From assembly GCA_965649055.1 (NCBI GenBank), contig CBFGJG010000002.1, forward strand, positions 51,920-89,987: 38,068 nt of DNA. Direction: 5' to 3'. The translations under genes were made by a program, and so were the position numbers. Below, piece by piece: positions 29,355 through 38,068 of this stretch; position 1 is the stretch's first letter, and every line of letters begins with the position of its first letter. The notes under the pieces are model-generated. The model ran no database searches. It was not told the DNA's origin and was given only the letters and a program-made list of their open reading frames with translations. The stretch comes from a candidate division WOR-3 bacterium. Lineage in GTDB: Bacteria; Hydrothermota; UBA3072; B12-G15.

Positions 29355-30451
29355 TCAAAAATTTTATAATAGACAACATTTTTCATTTCTTCTACTATAC
29401 GCTCATATTCCTTTTCTAACTTTTTATTGAAATAATAGAGATTCAATTTATCTTCTACCTCTTCAAATTTTGGAATTCCTCCTTCTTTCTTTGACAGGAC
29501 CTTCACAATGCTGATAACATTACCTTCTAAAACCGGCTCCGATATATCTCCCACATTCAATTTTCCAAGCAAATCCTTAAGTTCATCAGGCAGGATTGCA
29601 AAGGATAATTCAGGCATTGTATCTGTTTTAATAGTTTCACCTTTAATCCATCTTGTTCTCAGTTCATTTGCTTCTTTCATTCCTTCAGATATCTCTTTTT
29701 CTTTTAAGTTAAATTTTAAGAATATATGAGAAAGACCAATCTTTCCTGAAACCCTGCTATTTACTTTTAAGATATGTGCCCCTTCCGGGGAGAAGAATAT
29801 ACCTGTCTTACCTACCGGTATTGTATCCACACCAGAAAAATAAGGAGGAAGGTTGATTAAATAAAATTCACCAAGCCTTCCTCCGGAATATTTCGTGCCA
29901 ACATCCTCTGAGTATTCAATTACAAGTTCTTCAAAGCTTTTTGTCTTCAATTTTTCTATTATTTCTTCGCATTTTTTTATAAGTCTTTCTTTCTCTCTCT
30001 TCCCTATCTCAATAGAGACCTTTTCAAGTGTAACACTTGGATGGATATAGAAAGAATCCTTATAATCATTGTAAAACCTCAAAAGTTCTTCTTTCTTCAC
30101 ATTAACCCTTGATAAGTACTTTTTACCTATAAGTTTCTGCGCATATAACTGGTATTTTAACTCGTTTCTGTATATCTTTTCATTTTCACCTTTTATAATC
30201 TCAATTAATGAAGGGAAATTCTGGATATTATTTTTGAAAGCCTCGTCTATTTCTTCATCTGTAACCTCAAGACTCTCTTTCACTGCAGCGTAATAAATAA
30301 TCCTCTCATTTACTATCTTTTTTATTATTTCTGTTCTTGGGAATCCCGGATAAAAAGAAGATACATTTTCAAGATAGGAAGATGTTATTACATCCTTTTC
30401 AACAACTGCAATTATCTTTTCAAATGTTACACTTAAGAACAAAAAAAACAA
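29351..30451 (-). CDS. SurA-like periplasmic chaperone / parvulin PPIase
   Basis: KIIAVVEKDVITSS (SurA N-domain), LEVTDEEID, SFEELVIEYSED..GGRLG, VGDISEPV; TTG start. Confidence 0.75.
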   Translation of the reverse strand: MFFLFLSVTFEKIIAVVEKDVITSSYLENVSSFYPGFPRTEIIKKIVNERIIYYAAVKESLEVTDEEIDEAFKNNIQNFPSLIEIIKGENEKIYRNELKYQLYAQKLIGKKYLSRVNVKKEELLRFYNDYKDSFYIHPSVTLEKVSIEIGKREKERLIKKCEEIIEKLKTKSFEELVIEYSEDVGTKYSGGRLGEFYLINLPPYFSGVDTIPVGKTGIFFSPEGAHILKVNSRVSGKIGLSHIFLKFNLKEKEISEGMKEANELRTRWIKGETIKTDTMPELSFAILPDELKDLLGKLNVGDISEPVLEGNVISIVKVLSKKEGGIPKFEEVEDKLNLYYFNKKLEKEYERIVEEMKNVVYYKIFE

Positions 30452-30452
30452 A

Positions 30453-31265
30453 TTATTTTTCTCCTATTATCTTCACATTATACTTCTGTTTCCATGATGT
30501 TGTAACACTATCAATAAATGCCCTCTGTCTTTCCATAGATAATTTATTAATGATTGAAAATTTCAGATTTTCAAAGTTTCTTTCTGTCTTCAGTTTTCTC
30601 TTGTCAAGAAGTTTTATAATCTCAAGTCCATAAGGTGATGGAACAATATTACTTATACCACCTATATTCTTGATTCCAAATGCTGCATCCTCAATCTCTG
30701 GCATTGCATAAAGGTCTCCCCTTGAAATCCAACCGTACTCACCGCCTTTTTTCCCTGATACTGTGTCAGCTGAAAATTGTTTTGCAAGTTTTGCGAAGTC
30801 CTCACCAGCAATAAGTTTTTGATAAACCTGGGTTGCTGTCTGCTCATTTTCAAGTATTATCCTTGCAATCCTAATCTCAGTATTGTATTCATCTTTATGT
30901 GCTTCAAAATATGCTTTGGCTTCTATCTCTGTAACCTGTGGCATTTCTCTCATTAAATTCTGATAAAGTTGCTGGATAAGATAACCTCTTTTTGTTGCTT
31001 CTAACTTCTTCTGGAAATCAGGGTCCTTATCAAGCTTTCTTGCAATAGCTTCCTTATAAAATAATTCCATCTGGACAAAATAATCAATTACCTGCTGTTT
31101 CTGTTCAGGTGTAAGCATCAAAGCCTGTTGCGGTGGAATGTTCAATTGTTCACACAAATCCTCAATAGTATAGTAATCCTTACCCACACTTACAACTGCG
31201 TCCTTTTTCTCTTTCTTACAGGAAAAAAGAGCGAGAACCAATAAAACATAGAGAACCTTTTTCAT
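30453..31265 (-). CDS. PrsA-like lipoprotein parvulin PPIase
   Basis: Canonical lipoprotein signal MKKVLYVLLVLALFSC; GEDFAKLAKQFSAD..KGGEYGW, AAF..GGIS..SPYGLEIIKL. Confidence 0.85.
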   Translation of the reverse strand: MKKVLYVLLVLALFSCKKEKKDAVVSVGKDYYTIEDLCEQLNIPPQQALMLTPEQKQQVIDYFVQMELFYKEAIARKLDKDPDFQKKLEATKRGYLIQQLYQNLMREMPQVTEIEAKAYFEAHKDEYNTEIRIARIILENEQTATQVYQKLIAGEDFAKLAKQFSADTVSGKKGGEYGWISRGDLYAMPEIEDAAFGIKNIGGISNIVPSPYGLEIIKLLDKRKLKTERNFENLKFSIINKLSMERQRAFIDSVTTSWKQKYNVKIIGEK

Positions 31266-32794
31266 ACTTCCTCCTTTTTTAAGATTTTAATTTTTGTTCT
31301 CTGTTTCATACTTTCTGCTATTTCGTTCTTTAGCCTCTCATAAAAAACATCTCTGTATTCTGTTTCAACTATGCTTTTAACCTTATCAAACTCCGGAACC
31401 TTTGGTGGCATAATATCCTCTACCTTCACGATTGCCCATGAACCATCAAACTTCTGGAAACAATCAGATATCTCACCTTTTTTAATTCCAAAAACAATCC
31501 TTCCAATATCTGGATATGTTTCTTTTAAGATATATCCAAGGTCTCCACCTCTATCTTTTGAGAAATGCTCCGAATACTTTTTGGCAAGTTCTGAAAATTT
31601 ATATTTCTTTGAAAGAGCCATACTCCTTACCTTTTCAAGTTCTTTCAAATCCTTCATCTGAATTATAGATACCTTCCTCTTTTCAGGCTCAAGAAATTTA
31701 TCCTGATTCGCATTGAAAAATGCTTTCAAAGTATCATCCGGAATCTCTATTTTACTCCATTCAACCTTTCTTATATAAGAAATAACAAGTGATATATCAT
31801 TTTTAAGAATCTTTTCTTCATTACCTCTTTTTCTGTGATTACCAAGCTTTAAACCCTCAACATAGAGCATCCTCTGTATCATCTTCCAGGATATATAATT
31901 CTTTATATCTTCAACTGTATTCACAATTGGTGGTCTTCCATCTGTAACAGTAAAATCCTGCATATCCCGGTATGTAACATTTCCTATGCTTGTCCTTGCA
32001 AGAACCTTTCCATAAAATTCTTCCGGAAATATATACGGCTCTCTAAATTTTCCTTTAGGAACAATATCGAAAAATTCTTTAAGGTTTACCGAGTCAAATT
32101 TTATGTTCAAAATCTTTTTCAAATATTCTATATGCTGTGCTGAATAGAATTGCCTCTTTTCATTCTTTATCTGATTTTCGATAATCTTCATTTCTTCTTT
32201 TAAAGTCCTTACATCCCTTTCCCTTATTTCATCAACCCTTATAATATACCATTTATTGTTCAATTTAAAAGGGAAAGAAACCTCTCCTTTCTTCATTCTG
32301 AATGCTTTCTTTGTTATCATATCTGGATAATACTTCCATCTTATCGGTCCTGTTTTACCACTTCTTCTCATAAGACTAACATCACGGGAGTATTTATTAA
32401 CTACCTTCTCCCAAGGTGTTCCTCCCTTTATCTCCCTTAAAGCATTCATTGCACAAAAGAAGGTTGAACAATCAACCATTGATATCATTATTTCTCTATC
32501 ATAATTCCTGTAAAATGCTAAAATCTCTCCCTCTGTCACATTAGACTTCTCCTCAACAAATTTCTGATAAGAAGTTTGAAGAACAACTGAAAATTTGTAA
32601 TATTCGGATTCTTTCTTCACTGAATCAAGATATCCTTTCTCAACACCATACTTATAAAGAAGTAAATCCTGAATAACCTTATCCAGTGATTCATTATTAT
32701 TAATTAAATTCTTCGTTACCTTTATATTATCAACAGTTGCAAGAACCTCTTGTTTTGTAAAAAACAAATTCAAAAATAAAAAAATTCCTAACAT
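31262..32794 (-). CDS. Exported foldase with two parvulin-type PPIase domains
   Basis: WEKVVNKYSRD..GEVSFPF..WYIIRV and FSELAKKYSEH..RGGDLG..GEIS; SD GGGAGG. Confidence 0.8.
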   Translation of the reverse strand: MLGIFLFLNLFFTKQEVLATVDNIKVTKNLINNNESLDKVIQDLLLYKYGVEKGYLDSVKKESEYYKFSVVLQTSYQKFVEEKSNVTEGEILAFYRNYDREIMISMVDCSTFFCAMNALREIKGGTPWEKVVNKYSRDVSLMRRSGKTGPIRWKYYPDMITKKAFRMKKGEVSFPFKLNNKWYIIRVDEIRERDVRTLKEEMKIIENQIKNEKRQFYSAQHIEYLKKILNIKFDSVNLKEFFDIVPKGKFREPYIFPEEFYGKVLARTSIGNVTYRDMQDFTVTDGRPPIVNTVEDIKNYISWKMIQRMLYVEGLKLGNHRKRGNEEKILKNDISLVISYIRKVEWSKIEIPDDTLKAFFNANQDKFLEPEKRKVSIIQMKDLKELEKVRSMALSKKYKFSELAKKYSEHFSKDRGGDLGYILKETYPDIGRIVFGIKKGEISDCFQKFDGSWAIVKVEDIMPPKVPEFDKVKSIVETEYRDVFYERLKNEIAESMKQRTKIKILKKEEV

Positions 32795-32832
32795 ACATCC
32801 TCCCTTTTTTTATTTTAAACTTTTTTTCTTTT

Positions 32833-32860
32833 ATTATAACAAATTTTTAATTATTTTCAA
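32833..32860 (-). promoter_or_regulatory. Sigma70-type promoter for the PPIase-pdxA-sprA-hflX-glmM-glmS-porV-like operon
   Basis: TTGAAA (32860-32855), 16 bp, extended TGn-TATAAT (32838-32833). Confidence 0.7.
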
Positions 32861-33254
32861 TACTAAAAACCCATTTTTTATCAAGAAAAAATTTTACCGT
32901 ATATCCTATAGAAAGACCTAAAAAACCACCAATAAGTTCTCTGTTTTCAAAGGAAAACAATATCTGGAATAAAGATTCAACACCCCAAAATATTCCTGTT
33001 GTAAAAATAGCAAATATTGTGTATACTGTTATCTGTTTTAAGGTTCTATTAATGCTTTTTTCTTTAAAAATCAAAAACTTATCAACGATGAATTTAAAAA
33101 CAAATCCTATACCTGTTCCTACAATAAGCTGAGATATGTAAACAATATTATCATTAAAATGATTCTTCAATCCTGTCTTTGTTATATACTGAAAAAGAAT
33201 GTTAAGAGCTGTGGCAAGAGCTGCAAATATCATATAAACAATGTATTTTTTAAT
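32847..33254 (-). CDS. GtrA-like small flippase-type membrane protein; probable ATT start at 33254 (track start 33302 overlaps ubiA by 53 nt)
   Basis: Four hydrophobic helices; KFIVDKFLIF and KFFLDKKWVF repeats typical of GtrA; GGAGG lies 4 nt before in-frame ATT-AAA-AAA-TAC. Confidence 0.8.
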   Translation of the reverse strand: MKKYIVYMIFAALATALNILFQYITKTGLKNHFNDNIVYISQLIVGTGIGFVFKFIVDKFLIFKEKSINRTLKQITVYTIFAIFTTGIFWGVESLFQILFSFENRELIGGFLGLSIGYTVKFFLDKKWVFSIENN

Positions 33255-34107
33255 ATCTCCTCCATAAATGGACAATAACAATAAAGATAACATAAAATAC
33301 AACTGTTAACAGTATATGTGTATCGTTCAACAGTATCCTTTCAGGTTCTCCACCTTCTTCTTTTTTGTATACAATATAAAGATATCTCAATATTCCATAA
33401 ACGACAAAGATTAATGAAGGCATAAATTCCGGATGTTCCACAAGGACATATATAGAATAGGTTAATATCGTTCCTGTTGAAAAAATGCCTATAAGAATAT
33501 CTACAAGTTCTGTATTATAATGCTGCAAGACATTTCTTTTTGCATTATCTTCTATAAAAAGGATTTCGTGTCTTCTTTTACAGACTGCAAGGAATAAAGA
33601 TATAAAAAGTGTTGCAAGAATAAACCAGTTTGAAAGATATACATTTATCAGGAAGACGCCGGCGATAGCCCTTAAAATAAATCCTATTGCTATAATAAAG
33701 ATATCAATGATAACAACATTCTTCAGGATAAAAGAGTAAAGTATATTTATTACAAAGTAGATTAATAATATAATAAAAAATTTTGTATTCAGTAAATATG
33801 AAAAGAAAAACACAGGAATAAATACAGATATCCCAAATAAAGCTGCGTTTAATTCCTTAATCCTCCCGGAAGGAATTGGTCTTGATTTTTTCTTTGGATG
33901 GATTTTATCTTTCTCCTTATCAACAATATCATTTATGATATATACTATCCCGGAAGTTAGTGAAAAAAGTATAAAGCCGTAGAATGCGAGTCTTATACTC
34001 TGAATGTCAAAAGAAAAAGAAAAGAGAAGACCGGCAAAAACTAATAAATTTTTTGTCCAGTGTTTAGGTCGTAGAAGGCTTATATAATCTTTTATCAAAT
34101 ATATCAT
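33250..34107 (-). CDS. UbiA-family polyprenyl-phosphate phosphoribosyltransferase (DPPR synthase-like)
   Basis: LLRPKHWTKNLLVF, YIINDIVD..D..HPKK.SRPIPSG, GFILRAIAG, KRRHE, YGILRY. Confidence 0.88.
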   Translation of the reverse strand: MIYLIKDYISLLRPKHWTKNLLVFAGLLFSFSFDIQSIRLAFYGFILFSLTSGIVYIINDIVDKEKDKIHPKKKSRPIPSGRIKELNAALFGISVFIPVFFFSYLLNTKFFIILLIYFVINILYSFILKNVVIIDIFIIAIGFILRAIAGVFLINVYLSNWFILATLFISLFLAVCKRRHEILFIEDNAKRNVLQHYNTELVDILIGIFSTGTILTYSIYVLVEHPEFMPSLIFVVYGILRYLYIVYKKEEGGEPERILLNDTHILLTVVFYVIFIVIVHLWRRY

Positions 34108-34141
34108 ATTTTTAGAGATTTTAAACCCTTGTCAAGAAAAT

Positions 34142-34166
34142 AAAAAAGGGGGCAAAAGCCCCCTTT
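34142..34166 (-). terminator. Intrinsic terminator of gdhA
   Basis: Minus strand AAAGGGGGC-TTTT-GCCCCCTTT followed by TTTATTTT, 12 nt after the stop codon. Confidence 0.85.
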
Positions 34167-34178
34167 AACAGAAATTAT

Positions 34179-35737
<1,559 letters not shown>

Positions 35738-35743
35738 GTTGTT

Positions 35744-35771
35744 AGTATAATTATAAACTGGTAGTTGTCAA
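35744..35771 (-). promoter_or_regulatory. Sigma70-type promoter of gdhA (about 200-nt leader)
   Basis: TTGACA (35771-35766), 16 bp, TATACT (35749-35744). Confidence 0.65.
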
Positions 35772-36172
35772 GATTAAAATAAAAAATTTTTGGAAAAATT
35801 TCAGGGTATAGTAAATAATCAAAAAAGTGGATTAATGAGATCTACATAATGAATGCGAAACTGGATTTGGTGTAAGTATTGTATTAATAACTGGGAGGAT
35901 AACAAAATTTATCAAATTATGGATAGATAAAAAATACGTGCATAATTTAAAATCTATTTTGTAGATCTTTGCATTCACAAAATCCGGGTGTTTTTTAAAA
36001 AGTGGTTTTCAGGTTTCTCAATAACTTCTATTAATGTCTTAAAATTTTTTCAGATAAATATATGTTCACTTTATACCTTTTAATAAACCTTTTATCAATT
36101 ATATATCTTAACTTTACTTTTTTATTATTCTATATATAAAATACACTTAAAGTGTTTTATAATTATACTGTT

Positions 36173-37729
36173 TCACCATCTTTTATTGTATGTAATCCTT
36201 AGGAAAAATTCATTGTTATCTTCCTTCAATGAATATTCTGAACGAATGTTTAAATCACCAAACAGATTGAATCTGAATCCCTGTCCAATAAAAAATAGTG
36301 TCTTATCCATAAAACCTTTATTTATATTCACACCTGATGAGAATGTGTAAAATGACTTTGTATAACTTAATGAGAAAATATAATTATTTAAATACCTTGT
36401 GCTATCTTTATATTCATAATTCGAGAATCCAAGTAAAATATTCAATGATAATGGAAATGTGAAACCTAAACCATATGAAAAATAAAGATTCTTGGTTAAT
36501 ATCCTGTTTAATGTATCATTGTAATTATAACTGCTGTATGTGATATTTATATTATTATTCAGATTCAAAAACCTTAAATTCTTCCCAGTTGTGATATTAA
36601 AGTCATTCATCCTTTTATCGATATTAAAAGAGTCATTCTTCTCCATCTCCGGTGAAAAGAATACATTGAAATAAGGGAATACGGGATGAACAAAACCAAA
36701 CTGGAATTCATACCTTATAAAATTTGTGTGGTTTGAAAGACCAATATTGTTGTTTTCATTCCTGTAACCCAGATTTAATGTGAAGAAACTGAGGATTTCA
36801 GTATTAATACCAAAATTAAAACCATATCTATCCTGAACTATATCGGGATTCCCGAAAGAACTATACCCGGGCCCAACGAATCTGTATTCAAATGATAAAG
36901 ATGTATTTTTAATTGAAAATTCAGATTTTATTGAATATGCATAATCGAATGAACTGCTTAAATTTGGTTTAAAGATATTGAATACCCATTCAGGCTGATT
37001 GTATATGTTTAAAGGTGTTAGATTCAAGTCCCTTGTCAGCTGTGATAATGCAAACTCCCCTTTTAACTTTAAATTATTTATAAGACAAATTACTCCATCT
37101 ATCCCGAAAACATAATTTTCCTGTGGTCTAATAATAACTATAGAATCACTATCACCATAAGGAGAAAAATATTCAGGGATTGAATTTTTTATATCGTATG
37201 AATGTATAAAATTAAACAAAATATGTGTCCCTTCATCAGAACCAAAACCTGTTCTAAAACCAACAATATCCCTTTTATATGTTCCATAGACTGAATCAGA
37301 AGAAGATATAGGCTTTCTCATATTCCCATTTACAAATGCAAATCTTAAACCAATTAATGAAAAATCAATGAAAACACCATTCACAGGGACACTGAAGAGT
37401 GTAAGTTCTGAAAATTGCGGGTATGTTCTTCCGAAATTTATACCTTTTATATTAAATAAAAATCTTGGTATTTTAAGTTTCTCTTTTAAGAATTTTTCAG
37501 GTTTTAAATAAAGACTGAATTTATTTATATTCTGTCTTATCTTGCTCTGTTCTGTCGAGATAAGTGTATTCAAAGATAATGGTATCCCGAATATGTTAAA
37601 ATCAGGATTGAAATAAAATCTGAATACTGGTTTGTGGAAACCTGATGAATCAGAGATTATCTCATTATCAAATCCAATATTCCCGTGGAAAGTGAAACCT
37701 TGGGAAATAAGGATTAATATTATTATCAT
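36173..37729 (-). CDS. Uncharacterised outer-membrane beta-barrel protein
   Basis: Alternating aromatic strands throughout, C-terminal LRITYNKRW; motifs FGRTYPQFSELTL..VNG and YRFVGPGYSSFGNP; ATGA overlap with the upstream gene. Confidence 0.7.
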   Translation of the reverse strand: MIIILILISQGFTFHGNIGFDNEIISDSSGFHKPVFRFYFNPDFNIFGIPLSLNTLISTEQSKIRQNINKFSLYLKPEKFLKEKLKIPRFLFNIKGINFGRTYPQFSELTLFSVPVNGVFIDFSLIGLRFAFVNGNMRKPISSSDSVYGTYKRDIVGFRTGFGSDEGTHILFNFIHSYDIKNSIPEYFSPYGDSDSIVIIRPQENYVFGIDGVICLINNLKLKGEFALSQLTRDLNLTPLNIYNQPEWVFNIFKPNLSSSFDYAYSIKSEFSIKNTSLSFEYRFVGPGYSSFGNPDIVQDRYGFNFGINTEILSFFTLNLGYRNENNNIGLSNHTNFIRYEFQFGFVHPVFPYFNVFFSPEMEKNDSFNIDKRMNDFNITTGKNLRFLNLNNNINITYSSYNYNDTLNRILTKNLYFSYGLGFTFPLSLNILLGFSNYEYKDSTRYLNNYIFSLSYTKSFYTFSSGVNINKGFMDKTLFFIGQGFRFNLFGDLNIRSEYSLKEDNNEFFLRITYNKRW

Positions 37730-38068
37730 TTTCTCTCCAGTTCAATTATATTTATCTTACTTTTATCTACATTCTTCCAGTTCTCAGGTCTTATCATATT
37801 CCATTTACCACCTTTAAAATTCAGATTCCTCCTCTCAATCTCTTTTATCTTTCCTTTCTTAAACTCTTTTATCTTCAAATCAAATTGAACATTTTCCTTC
37901 TCTGAATTTATGTAAATTCCTTCACCATTATCAGACATCTTCACTTCAACAGGTTTTTCAAGCTTAATATTTGATATTAAAAAACTCCTGTAAGTGTCTT
38001 CATCTATCTTCCTTGTCATTTCTATCTCAAAATTACTATTTAATCTCTTGGTTTTTATCAGCACCCTT
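37726..38068 (-). CDS. C-terminal part of a hypothetical protein (probably begins beyond the window edge)
   Basis: Frame is open to the window edge upstream of the track GTG; its stop overlaps the next ATG; no recognisable motif. Confidence 0.6.
   Translation of the reverse strand, partial: RVLIKTKRLNSNFEIEMTRKIDEDTYRSFLISNIKLEKPVEVKMSDNGEGIYINSEKENVQFDLKIKEFKKGKIKEIERRNLNFKGGKWNMIRPENWKNVDKSKINIIELERK

Noticed and set aside
1365..30853. Short alternative-frame minus-strand ORFs (1365-1580, 2345-2587, 25171-25353, 30662-30853)
   Set aside because: Nested in longer genes in another frame, with no recognisable motifs.
34108..34135. TTGACA upstream of ubiA as a promoter
   Set aside because: Perfect -35 but no acceptable -10 at 16-18 bp (AAAAAT abutting the ATG); plausible only if the true start is the TTG at 34098, so left uncalled.
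36134..36161. Imperfect palindrome TATAAAATACACT-TAA-AGTGTTTTATA after the 518-aa gene
   Set aside because: AT-rich bulged stem with no T-tract on the minus strand; too weak to call a terminator.
35772..36172. Possible replication origin (AT-rich gap, GATCT words, DnaA-box-like 9-mers)
   Set aside because: The best 9-mers I found have two mismatches to TTATCCACA, there is no dnaA/dnaN/gidA context, and gene orientation does not switch.

Overview
AT-rich bacterial chromosomal segment in which every supportable gene lies on the minus strand. The gene content (SprA/Sov-like barrel, PorV-like barrel, a cargo protein with a T9SS-type C-terminal domain, Bacteroidota-like GlmM N-terminus and a triple PPIase cluster) points to a diderm of the FCB group outside classical Bacteroidota, for example a WOR-3-like candidate phylum; this taxonomy is inference only. 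In transcription order (high to low coordinates) it holds: a partial ORF and an outer-membrane barrel; a long intergenic region and a structured leader before gdhA; UbiA-type prenyltransferase plus GtrA flippase; three parvulin PPIases, an S4 protein, pdxA, sprA, hflX, glmM, glmS and porV-like; tRNA-Leu, tig, clpP, clpX, trkH, trkA, a TPR protein, a histidine kinase, a REC-GAF-HD-GYP regulator, a beta-propeller and a small-protein/nucleotidyltransferase pair; a DUF4015 glycosidase and rsmA; a 1287-aa secreted modular protein; and a chaperone-usher-like pilus cluster running off the left edge. The most striking observations are: (1) about eleven exported proteins begin with an ultra-short hydrophobic peptide lacking a basic n-region; (2) a candidate stripped-down type IX-like secretion system; (3) a divergent chaperone-usher/WxL-like fimbrial operon with an internal terminator; (4) a pseudoknotted 5' leader on gdhA; (5) three probable non-canonical start codons, including a gene missed by the ORF track; (6) promoters with a uniform 16-bp spacer, some leaderless. 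All family assignments come from motif recognition by eye, not database searches.
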